This document shows, piece after piece, positions 44,354 through 53,714 of a DNA stretch of 55,779 nt (positions are counted from its first letter, which is position 1; every line of letters begins with the position of its first letter). The notes below the pieces were generated by a model. That model worked only from the letters and a program-made list of their open reading frames with translations, was not told where the DNA came from and made no database searches. The position numbers were made by a program, and so were the translations under genes. This DNA is from a virus (lineage: Duplodnaviria > Caudoviricetes), in the IMG/VR virus record IMGVR_UViG_3300000162_000007, positions 1 through 55,779 of that record. One strand, written 5' to 3'.

Positions 44354-45997
44354 CTAAACGTATGAAGTTCTTGTATGGAAGTTATTATATATTGCAGTAA
44401 TTTCAGCTGAACTTAATGCTCTTTGATAGAATAAGAAACCACCTAAAGCACCAGTATTGTTTTGCATCAAATAAATATCAGAAGTACCTGTTGTAGCTGC
44501 TGAAGTTGTAGATGATGTTGAAACTTGTGTACCATTATTATAGAATGTAGTCGTACCATTACCTGCTGTAACTGCTAACATTCTCCAACCAGTCAATGTA
44601 GTTGTAGTTGATGTTGCATTACCATTTGGTGTTGAAGTTAAACTCATTGAAGTTCCACTTGCTGCAAATGTGTAATCTGTACCTCTACTTAATATATTAC
44701 CTGCACTTGCATTTACTAATGCTATAATTGTATATCCTGCAGTTGTTGTGTTAAAGTATGTATCACCAGTACCACTACTATTAGCGTGTTGTTTGATACC
44801 ATATTTACCACTAGCAAATTGTAATGATTTTGGAGGTCCTGCATTTAATGTAGGAGCTGCAATTGCTGGATTAATACTACCACCAGTTAAGTTAAAACCA
44901 GTAGAATAACCTGCTAAATCGTTATAGTTTGTACCACTTGTATAAGATGCTGTAAAGTTAGTATCTAAATAACATACTAAGTTTGTCCAAGGAATTGGTG
45001 CGGTTGCTGCTCCTTTATTATGTGAAACAAATCCATTAGCTAAATAAGTATGTGCTACATCAATTGTTATTGTTGCAATTTCTAAAGTTTTATTTACAAA
45101 CTCTACTAATTCTACTAATACATTTTCAACTTTACCAGTTGTTGCATTATATTTAACTAATGCATCACCTTCTGCTACATCTTCTGCTCTTGTAAATTGG
45201 TAAGTTTCAGTTAATGCATCATATACAAAGAAAGGGTGAGCGTGAGTTGCTTTAATTGCACCACCATTGATTGATACATATTGGTCAATGAATGAAAAAT
45301 AGATATTACCAACGGTTGCATCTACTACATCACCATTACTACCAGTTTCGTTATACCACCAATACCATTCACCTGGATCATTTTCAGGTAACCAATTTGG
45401 CATATCTTTAGGTACAAATGTTTTAATTGTATCACCAACATAAAGGTCACCAGCTTTAACCGATGTACCATCTGCTAATAAAATATCAGTATCAGTACTT
45501 ACACATAATGCATCAGAGTTGATACCATTGTAACTATCTACTGAATAAATTGTTTTTGATGCTGCATTACCACTACCAAAGTTACCGGTTGCTGTATTAT
45601 ATCCATCATTGAAATATGCAGTTAATGTTGTTGCATTACTACCACTATACGTTGTACCACCTAAATTAGCTGCTGTAATTGCAGTTGTTGCTCCTTTTGA
45701 ACCAACACTAAAGTAGGTATTATCACTTACGGTTATTGTATAGTTTGCACTTTGAATTTTTATTCTGTTATCAAATGCTAAACCTTGTCCTGTAAATGCA
45801 AATGTTACATTCTCAGATGTGTTTTCTACTATGTATGTAAATGGTAAAGTAGCTGCAACATTACCTACGATAAATGAACTCATAGATACTGCTGTTCCTG
45901 CTAAACCATTTGCTGCATTTAATGAAGATGATTGAGAAGTACGTGCTGTACCACTCCATGCACCATATAATGCTCCTAAACTTAAATTACTTGCCAT
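44354..45997 (-). CDS. Virion-type protein with an internal Hint domain and a C-terminal LamG/ConA-like domain
   Basis: CVSTDTDILLADG...KATHAHPF...TYLANGFVSHN; C-terminal WRMLAVT and YQRALSSAEITAIYN. Confidence 0.82.
   Translation of the reverse strand: MASNLSLGALYGAWSGTARTSQSSSLNAANGLAGTAVSMSSFIVGNVAATLPFTYIVENTSENVTFAFTGQGLAFDNRIKIQSANYTITVSDNTYFSVGSKGATTAITAANLGGTTYSGSNATTLTAYFNDGYNTATGNFGSGNAASKTIYSVDSYNGINSDALCVSTDTDILLADGTSVKAGDLYVGDTIKTFVPKDMPNWLPENDPGEWYWWYNETGSNGDVVDATVGNIYFSFIDQYVSINGGAIKATHAHPFFVYDALTETYQFTRAEDVAEGDALVKYNATTGKVENVLVELVEFVNKTLEIATITIDVAHTYLANGFVSHNKGAATAPIPWTNLVCYLDTNFTASYTSGTNYNDLAGYSTGFNLTGGSINPAIAAPTLNAGPPKSLQFASGKYGIKQHANSSGTGDTYFNTTTAGYTIIALVNASAGNILSRGTDYTFAASGTSMSLTSTPNGNATSTTTTLTGWRMLAVTAGNGTTTFYNNGTQVSTSSTTSAATTGTSDIYLMQNNTGALGGFLFYQRALSSAEITAIYNNFHTRTSYV
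45017..45505 (-). other. Hint (intein-like) domain, residues 165-327, no endonuclease
   Basis: Cys1, TxxH block B and terminal His-Asn; the +1 residue is Lys. Confidence 0.85.
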
Positions 45998-46009
45998 ATT
46001 GTTTTCCTT

Positions 46010-47014
46010 TTAACTATTATAAATATCTAATAAACTATTAACCCATTTGTTTCTGTCCGAATACTCCAACATATATTCTTTTAATTTGTTGAACCAATGC
46101 CTTTTATATTCGTAATCACTATTCTTAATCCATTGTACCGTCTGTTCAAATTCAGTTTTACTTTCTGCTCTAAACGGATATGTCCAATCTTTCATCCAAT
46201 CTTTACTTAATATAGGTAGTTTTCCATAATCAACCGCTTGAAATATTGAATATCCAAATGGTTCATAATTAAAACAACTATGTGAAATTCCCCAATCTAA
46301 TCGATAAAACCAATCTAACTTTTGATAGTCAAACATATATCGTTTAGCTCTTTTGAAATTCACCCCATATCCCTTCTCCCACACATTGTTTAGTACTTTT
46401 ATAGTTGTAAATAAAAAACAATCTATATTTTCCAAATACCAAACTCTTTTTCTTGTTTCAGTTCTTGCTGCAAATCCTACTTTTGTACTATCATTCAATT
46501 CTAAATTATTTGTAAATTCATAATAATTAGGAATATCTATGAAATCATACTCTGCATGCTTTGGAGTTTGAAATAATCCTATCCAAATTCTTTTCTTAGC
46601 TGATTTAATTATATTCGTTTCCCACTCTGAATCTGCTCCATAATGTTGCATTCCAGGTGCTTCTGAAAATAATCCAGCTTTTAGAGACATATCAATTGAA
46701 TTATGCATTACATAACTTTCAATCTTGTCCAAATTGTTTAGGATTGCTGAGTTAGGGTAATAGTGTCCGTGTAGTATGTGTATTCGCCGAGCACTATTTA
46801 TAAGTTCATCGAACTTTTCTTTATCATCCACTTGCCAATAAATTTCGAGGGGGAACTTGTCCCCCTCAAAATCATCTGGTCTTTTTCTATGTATAAGTAG
46901 GATAGGTTTTACTTTTAAATGAGGAACAACGTATTCTACAAAGTTATTCACCCAAACATCACTACCAGCACCTACTTTATTTCCAAAACCTGTTGTATAA
47001 TATACATCATACAT
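46010..47014 (-). CDS. Putative GT-B glycosyltransferase
   Basis: GAGSDVWV, GFAARTETRK and YEPFGYSIFQAVDYGKLPI (GT4-like signature). Confidence 0.72.
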   Translation of the reverse strand: MYDVYYTTGFGNKVGAGSDVWVNNFVEYVVPHLKVKPILLIHRKRPDDFEGDKFPLEIYWQVDDKEKFDELINSARRIHILHGHYYPNSAILNNLDKIESYVMHNSIDMSLKAGLFSEAPGMQHYGADSEWETNIIKSAKKRIWIGLFQTPKHAEYDFIDIPNYYEFTNNLELNDSTKVGFAARTETRKRVWYLENIDCFLFTTIKVLNNVWEKGYGVNFKRAKRYMFDYQKLDWFYRLDWGISHSCFNYEPFGYSIFQAVDYGKLPILSKDWMKDWTYPFRAESKTEFEQTVQWIKNSDYEYKRHWFNKLKEYMLEYSDRNKWVNSLLDIYNS

Positions 47015-47016
47015 TC

Positions 47017-50000
47017 TTATAAGCTATTGTTCTTCTTTAATTTTTCTACTTCAATTGTTAAAGAAGCGATTTGTTGTTGTTGTTCTTTGATTGCTTCTAC
47101 TAATAAACCTATTGTTTTAGAATAATCTAATGCTAAGAAACCATCTCCTCTTTCTTTCACCACTTCTGGTAAAACTTCTTGAACTTCTTGTGCAATTAAA
47201 CCAGTCTTAGGTGTTTCTTTAGTTGCTGCATCTACATCATCATTCCATTCCCAAGTTACACCATTTAATTTAGTTACTTTTGATAAAGCATCTGAAATTA
47301 AAACAATGTTATTCTTATGTCTTCTATCTGATGTTGAATATGCTACTACATCACCAGTTGCAGTGATAGAACCACTTACGATTTGGTTTGTAGTAAATGT
47401 ATTTGCTGCACCTAATTTAGCATAAGCAGTATAAGCACTAGAACTATAAGCACTTGCAGATGCATATGCACCATTTGCAGAGTTTTGAGCTGTTGTTACT
47501 GTTCCAATAACCGTGTTTATAGTTGTATAGAATGAACCACTATAAGCTGAAGCACTTGCATAAGCACCTGCTGCGGCTGCGGTTGCAGTTGCAATATTAG
47601 TAGTTTGAGTATTATCAGTTGAAGCATTAGATGCACTAAATGAATTTAAAGCACTTGCTGCACTTGCACTATATGCTGAAGCACTTGCATAAGCTCCTGC
47701 TGCGGCTGCTGTTGCGGTTGCAATATTAGTAGTTTGCGTTGCATCAGTTGAAGCTACTGAACTACTTAGTGAACTTAAAGCACTTGCTGCACTCGCTGAA
47801 TAAGCTGAAGCACTTGCGAAAGCACCAGCTGCACTAGCAGAAGCTGCTGTGATATTTGTTGTTTGAGTACTATCAGTTGAAGCGATACTTGCAGATAAAG
47901 CTGTTTGAGAAGCTAAACTTGCAGAAAATGAAGTTGCTGCACTACCACTATTTGTTGAGATTGTAGAAGCTAAACTTGCTGAATAAGCACTTGCAGATGC
48001 AAAAGCACCAGCCGCACTTGCAGAAGCTGCTGTAATATTTGTTGTTTGTGTACTATCTGTTGATGCTACTGATGAACTCAATGAATTTAATGCACTTGCT
48101 GCACTTGCAGAATAAGCTGAAGAACTTGCATAAGCACCAGCTGCACTTGCAGAGTTTGCAGTTATATTAGTTGTTTGAGTTGCATCTGTTGTGTAAATAG
48201 AGGCACTTAATGTTGAAATTGAAGTTGCAGTTGCACTAGCTATTGAAGCAGAAGTTGCATATGTTGTTTCAATTGTATTAATTCTACTTGCTACTGATGA
48301 ACTATATGAAGCTAAACTTCCAGTTAATTCTGAAAATCCAGTAGAACCACTTACACTTAAATTAATAGGAATCCATAAAGTAGTTCCATCTTCAGTCATT
48401 ACTGATGAAGTTAAGTGGTCTCCTCCTTGTCCTTTTAATATTGCATTTGCGTTAGTAGTTTGTTCTTGTCCTAATGAGCCACTATTTCTTGGTCCACTAA
48501 TTAAAGCACCACCATGATATGAAGAACCACTAGATTTTTGGTAAACCCAACCTTTATTTACTGTGTCCCATAATAGAGATCCAGTAGATTGTGTTGAACC
48601 ACTATCTATAACCGCAATTCCACCAAATCTAACTGCTGGATTTGCTGCGTTTAGATATACTATATTTGAACCGATTTCAACTTGACTTGCTGTTACATTT
48701 AATAATGATGATGATCCGTAAACAATCATATTACCTTGCACATACATTGAACCACTTACAATTTGGTCATTGTTAAAAGTGTTACCACCACTTAACTTAG
48801 CAAATGTTGAGTATGCACTAGAACTTGCATTTGAATCAGTTGAAGCAATTGAACTACTTAAAGTACTTAATGCTGTTGCTGCACTTGCAGAGTATGCACT
48901 TGCAGTTGCTGCATTTGCAGTTATTTGGAATGATTGTGTTGCATCAGTTTGATATATACTTGAACTTAAACTTGCATCATACGCTGCTAAACTTGCAGAA
49001 TATGCAGATGCCGAAGCAAATGCACCATTTGCACTATTTTGTGCAGTTGTGATATTTGTAGTTTGAGTTGCATCAGTTGAAGCAATTGAACTACTTAAAG
49101 TACTTAATGCTGTTGCTGCACTAGCACTATAAGATGATGCACTTTGGAATGCTCCCCATGCACTTGCTGAAGCTGCAATTGTGTTTGTAGTTTGAGTTGA
49201 ATCTGTTAACGCAATTGAAGCAGATAATGCTGTTTGTGAAGCTAAACTTGCACTAAATGAAGTTGCTGCACTTGCACTATACGCACTTGCAGAAGCAAAT
49301 ACATTAGATGTAGTTAAAGTTTGATTTGCATCGGTTGTTGCAATTGAAGAACTTAATGAACTTAAATTACTTGCTGCACTAGCAGAATATGCACTTGCTG
49401 ATGCAAAGGCACCAAAGGCACTGTCTTGTGCTTTTTGTATATTTGAAGTTTGAGTTGCATCAGTTGAAGCAATTGAAGCAGATAATGCTGTTTGTGAAGC
49501 TAAACTTGCACTAAATGAAGTTGCAGCACTTGCTGAGTAAGCTGAAGCACTTGCAAATGCACAATTTGCACTATTTTGTGCAGTTGTGATATTTGTAGTT
49601 TGAGTTGCATCAGTTGAAGCAATTGAAGCTGATAACGCTGTTTGTGAAGCTAAACTTGCAGAGAATGAAGTTGTAACTGAAGAACTTAATGTACTTAAAG
49701 CTCCTGCTGAACTTCCACTTACTGCTTCTACTATTGATAATCTACTTGCTAGTGAACCAGAAAATGCTGTTGCATTTCCAATACCATTTATTGTAGATGC
49801 ACTAATATCATTTGTTACATAAATAGAACCAGTAAATGTATGTGTATTTGATGTTGAATTACCAAATACGTTTGAACCACTACTATAAACAACCGATGAT
49901 GTTTCATTGATTGTGTATACATTAGTTGCAGTTAATGTTCCTACATTAATTGTAGAAGCACTAATGTTACCGCTTGCACTAATGTTGCCATTAATAGTTT

Positions 50001-50997
50001 GATCTGCACTAAATGTATTTGCTACACTTAATTGAGAATATTTTGTTGTAGCACTTGCAGAATATGCAGATGCAGAAGCAAAAGCTCCAGCTGCACTATT
50101 TGCATTTGTAATTGCTACAACTGCTGCACTTGCAGAATATGCACTTGCAGATGCAAATGCTCCGTTAGCACTATTTTGTGCAGTTGTAATGTTTTGTGTT
50201 TGAGTTGCATCGGTTGAAGCAATACTTGCAGATAATGCCGTTACAGTTGCTGCACTTGCACTATCAGTTGTTGCTACTGATGAACTTAAACTTATAATTG
50301 ATTGTTCTAATGAAGAAGAATCTATATTAATAGTTGCTAAAGAAGCACTTATTGAAGTTGCTACTGAAGAACTTAAATTTCCTATTGTTGTTGCTATTGC
50401 ACCACTTAAAGCAGTTTGAGATGCTTTACTAGAACTAAAGTTAGTTGCTACTGATGCACTATATAATGTTGCATTTCCTAATCCTACAATTGTAGAACCA
50501 CTAATACTACCAGTTGCTGCAATATTACCACTTGTAGTGATATCACCACCCGCAGTTAAACCTTGATCTGCTCTTAATCCACCACCTGTATTTGTTAAGG
50601 TTGATAATATTGTACCATTATTTGTAAAATATATCGAACCTGTTGAAATGTAAAGGTGATTAAATGGATTATTAATACTTCCTAAATTAGATGTAAGCCC
50701 AGTTGGAACTACATCACCTGTTAAAGAAATAGTAGTAACTGCTAATGTATTTGGTATATGCACCGTTGTTCCATCATCTGTCATTTGTGATGATGAAAGA
50801 GATAGTGAACTACTAAATAATGCAATAGTTCCTGCTGAACCACTACCATGTAATTGACCGAATGAAGATGCTAATGTCACATCTCCGTTTGCACCACCGA
50901 TTTGTAATGTTTGTAAATCGGTATTAAAGTATGGTTCACCGAATAATAATGAACCTGATTTTTGGGTATCGCTACCTCTTCTAAAGCGTAATGCCAT
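47017..50997 (-). CDS. Ser/Ala-rich repetitive tail fibre with a C-terminal peptidase S74 chaperone
   Basis: N-terminal LRFRRG..GEP; many ASASAYSAS and TDATQTTNI repeats; SDRRHK, GLIAQEV and DYSK..LLVEAIKE motifs. Confidence 0.88.
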   Translation of the reverse strand: MALRFRRGSDTQKSGSLLFGEPYFNTDLQTLQIGGANGDVTLASSFGQLHGSGSAGTIALFSSSLSLSSSQMTDDGTTVHIPNTLAVTTISLTGDVVPTGLTSNLGSINNPFNHLYISTGSIYFTNNGTILSTLTNTGGGLRADQGLTAGGDITTSGNIAATGSISGSTIVGLGNATLYSASVATNFSSSKASQTALSGAIATTIGNLSSSVATSISASLATINIDSSSLEQSIISLSSSVATTDSASAATVTALSASIASTDATQTQNITTAQNSANGAFASASAYSASAAVVAITNANSAAGAFASASAYSASATTKYSQLSVANTFSADQTINGNISASGNISASTINVGTLTATNVYTINETSSVVYSSGSNVFGNSTSNTHTFTGSIYVTNDISASTINGIGNATAFSGSLASRLSIVEAVSGSSAGALSTLSSSVTTSFSASLASQTALSASIASTDATQTTNITTAQNSANCAFASASAYSASAATSFSASLASQTALSASIASTDATQTSNIQKAQDSAFGAFASASAYSASAASNLSSLSSSIATTDANQTLTTSNVFASASAYSASAATSFSASLASQTALSASIALTDSTQTTNTIAASASAWGAFQSASSYSASAATALSTLSSSIASTDATQTTNITTAQNSANGAFASASAYSASLAAYDASLSSSIYQTDATQSFQITANAATASAYSASAATALSTLSSSIASTDSNASSSAYSTFAKLSGGNTFNNDQIVSGSMYVQGNMIVYGSSSLLNVTASQVEIGSNIVYLNAANPAVRFGGIAVIDSGSTQSTGSLLWDTVNKGWVYQKSSGSSYHGGALISGPRNSGSLGQEQTTNANAILKGQGGDHLTSSVMTEDGTTLWIPINLSVSGSTGFSELTGSLASYSSSVASRINTIETTYATSASIASATATSISTLSASIYTTDATQTTNITANSASAAGAYASSSAYSASAASALNSLSSSVASTDSTQTTNITAASASAAGAFASASAYSASLASTISTNSGSAATSFSASLASQTALSASIASTDSTQTTNITAASASAAGAFASASAYSASAASALSSLSSSVASTDATQTTNIATATAAAAGAYASASAYSASAASALNSFSASNASTDNTQTTNIATATAAAAGAYASASAYSGSFYTTINTVIGTVTTAQNSANGAYASASAYSSSAYTAYAKLGAANTFTTNQIVSGSITATGDVVAYSTSDRRHKNNIVLISDALSKVTKLNGVTWEWNDDVDAATKETPKTGLIAQEVQEVLPEVVKERGDGFLALDYSKTIGLLVEAIKEQQQQIASLTIEVEKLKKNNSL
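47420..50500 (-). repeat. Degenerate coding tandem repeats (SASIASTDATQTTNITxAxxSAxGAFASASAYSAS)
   Basis: Near-identical DNA units, e.g. 49021-49100 vs 49561-49630; interrupted by a non-repetitive domain at about 48300-48790. Confidence 0.85.
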
Positions 50998-51073
50998 TGT
51001 TTTTTTCCTTTTGTATTATCATTTGAGACATTGATGTAAACTTTATTATATAGAAATAAATATTAGATTCTAA

Positions 51074-53668
51074 CTAAGAACCTAATTTATTTTCCAAATC
51101 TTTTATTCTATTTTCTTGGTTTTTTACAACTTCGATTAATAATCCTATAATCTTATCATAATCAACGCCATAATATCCATCATATCTTTGTTTAACTAAT
51201 TCTGGCATTATTGCCAATACATCCTGTGCAATTACACCATAATCATGTTCACCTGCTTTAGATTGAACTCTATCATTCCAATCAAACTCAACACCTCTTA
51301 ATTGTTGTACTTTTTCAATTGGATTAGATATTAATTGTATATTATCTTTTAATCTTTCATCTGAACTATAATAAGCCGTTACATCTCCAGTAACAGTTAA
51401 TGAACCAGTAATAGTTTGATTACCATTAAATTGGTTTGATGTACCTAATTTAGCATATGTCAAATATGCCGATGAACTTAAATTTGAATTAGTTGTTGCA
51501 ATTGAAGAACTTAAGTTAGAAATTGTAGTTGCTACACTTGAACTAAATACATTTAAAGATGAAGATACTGATGAACTATATGCACTTGCTGATGCAAATG
51601 CTCCATTTGCACTATTTTGTGCAGTTGTTATATTTGTGGTTTGAGTAGCATCGGTTGTTGCAATTGAACTACTTAATGAATTAATAGTTAAATAGAAACT
51701 TCCACTATAAGAACTTGCACTTTGGAATGCTCCCCACGCTGATGCACTATTTATAATATTAGTATTAGTTAAACTTGCACTATATGAAGATGCACTTTCG
51801 AATGCTCCCCACGCTGATGCACTAATTGTTGCTATATTATTACTTTGAGTTGCATCCGTTTGATAAATAGATGAACTTAATCCATTTACGTTTGTAACCG
51901 AATCACCAAATCTAGTATTTAATGAAGCACTAAACGCAACTAAACTACCTGTTAATTCTGTAAATGATGTTGAACCACTTTGATTTAATGAACCAGTAAT
52001 AGTTAATATGTTTGATACATCGTTACCAAAATTATTAGAACCACTACTATAAATAATAGATGAACTTTCAAATATAGTATGTAATTCATGTGCGTAAATT
52101 GTTCCACTTACAAATAAATTACCACTTGCTGTAATATCACCTGCAATGTTTTGAGAACCATTAAATGTATTTGAACCAGTTGTTGCATATGTAGTTTCAA
52201 TTTTTGTTAATCTACTTGCTACCGATTGTGAATATAAATAAGTATCACCTAACCCATATACTGCTCCACTAATAGAACCCGTAATATATTGTGTAAACTT
52301 ATTTTGGCCTGTAAATATGTTATCATTACCAACTTGTGCTCCTGCTCCCAATGCCAATGCATCAATTCTATGATTACTTGCACTAATTGAAGTTTCCAAT
52401 GAAGCACTATAAGAACTTGCTGATTGAAACGCTCCCCAAGCTGATGCAGAAATTACTGCTATTTGCAAATCTTGGTTTGCATCTCTTGTATAAATACTTG
52501 CTGAATATAAAGATGCACTTTGAAATGCTCCCCAAGCACTTTGTGAATTAATTAATACACTTTGTGTTGTATTATTTATTGTAGTATAAAAACTTGCACT
52601 ATATGAAGATGCACTTTCGAATGCTCCCCATGCTGATGCTGAATTTGTTGTGTTATATGTTGATAATGAAGAACTAAAATTAGCTAAACTACCACTTAAT
52701 TCTGCAAAACCAGTTGAACCACTAACACTTAAATTTAATGGTAGCCAAAGTGTATTACCATCTTCTGTTATTACCGATGATGTTAAATGATCTCCGCCTT
52801 GTCCTTTAAGAATTGCATTATGATTAGTTGTTTGTTCATCTCCTAAACTACCACTATTTCTAGGTCCACTAATTAAAGCAGCACCATGATATGAACTACC
52901 ACTTGCTTTTTGATAAACCCATCCGTTATTTAATGAATCCCAATATAAAGAACCGGTTGCACCAGTACTACCACTATCTATTACACTTATACCTGCAAAT
53001 CTAACTGCCGGAGTTGCTGTGTTTAATATTATTTGGTTTGTTCCGATGTCTAATATACTACCTGTTACGTTTTGTATTGATGATGTTCCAAATACAATCA
53101 AATCACCCGTAACGTATACTGATGCTGATACTATTTGATTTCCAGTAAATGTATTCGAACCTGTTGTTGCGTATTTTGTATCTAAACTTTCTATACTACC
53201 TAATCTACTTGCTACTGATGTTGATATTGTAGTAATTGATGTTTCTAAACTACTACTTACATTTGATAATGCAATTGCTCCTGAACTACTATATGCAGAT
53301 GCACTTTGGAATGCTCCCCACGCAGATGCACTTGCTATTATAATATTTGTTGTTTGAGTTGCATCGGTTGTATAAATTGATGCACTTAAATTTAATATTG
53401 ATGTTTCTAAAGATGAAGAATCAAATGATAACCCAGCTAAACTTGCACTTAAATCATGAGAAATACTACTACTTAAAGATATAATAGATGCTTCTAAAGC
53501 TCCACTAATACTATTAACAATTGAAGCACTTGACATCAATGTTATACTATTAATACCATCTGCACTTAATTGTAAAGTTTGTAAATCAGTAGCTGCATAT
53601 AATTCTCCTGCTTTTAATGAAGAACCAGTTTCGGTTGATACACCATATCTTATTTGAAAAGTTGCCAT
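51074..53668 (-). CDS. Second Ser-rich tail fibre with a peptidase S74 chaperone
   Basis: SASAWGAFQSASSYS repeats; SDERLK, GVIAQDV and VDYDKI motifs. Confidence 0.88.
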   Translation of the reverse strand: MATFQIRYGVSTETGSSLKAGELYAATDLQTLQLSADGINSITLMSSASIVNSISGALEASIISLSSSISHDLSASLAGLSFDSSSLETSILNLSASIYTTDATQTTNIIIASASAWGAFQSASAYSSSGAIALSNVSSSLETSITTISTSVASRLGSIESLDTKYATTGSNTFTGNQIVSASVYVTGDLIVFGTSSIQNVTGSILDIGTNQIILNTATPAVRFAGISVIDSGSTGATGSLYWDSLNNGWVYQKASGSSYHGAALISGPRNSGSLGDEQTTNHNAILKGQGGDHLTSSVITEDGNTLWLPLNLSVSGSTGFAELSGSLANFSSSLSTYNTTNSASAWGAFESASSYSASFYTTINNTTQSVLINSQSAWGAFQSASLYSASIYTRDANQDLQIAVISASAWGAFQSASSYSASLETSISASNHRIDALALGAGAQVGNDNIFTGQNKFTQYITGSISGAVYGLGDTYLYSQSVASRLTKIETTYATTGSNTFNGSQNIAGDITASGNLFVSGTIYAHELHTIFESSSIIYSSGSNNFGNDVSNILTITGSLNQSGSTSFTELTGSLVAFSASLNTRFGDSVTNVNGLSSSIYQTDATQSNNIATISASAWGAFESASSYSASLTNTNIINSASAWGAFQSASSYSGSFYLTINSLSSSIATTDATQTTNITTAQNSANGAFASASAYSSSVSSSLNVFSSSVATTISNLSSSIATTNSNLSSSAYLTYAKLGTSNQFNGNQTITGSLTVTGDVTAYYSSDERLKDNIQLISNPIEKVQQLRGVEFDWNDRVQSKAGEHDYGVIAQDVLAIMPELVKQRYDGYYGVDYDKIIGLLIEVVKNQENRIKDLENKLGS

Positions 53669-53714
53669 TTAAAATCTTTTATTCTTTTTTATAAATATCA
53701 TTGTTATTATTTTA

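Larger units (their letters stand above)
1670..53697 (-). promoter_or_regulatory. Dispersed TATTTATA motif (putative phage late promoter)
   Basis: Copies at 1670, 7574, 8845, 10570, 12822, 32393, 39574, 41130, 44016, 44323 and 53690; variants at 20750 and 41707; mostly within about 40 nt upstream of a start codon. Confidence 0.65.

Noticed and set aside
49561-49563. Lone Cys in a fibre repeat (ANCAF vs ANGAF)
   Set aside because: A single-base difference, most simply a point mutation or sequencing error.
47420-53400. CRISPR array or diversity-generating retroelement repeats
   Set aside because: Repeats are in-frame coding units without unique spacers; I saw no adenine-specific variation and there is no reverse transcriptase in the window.
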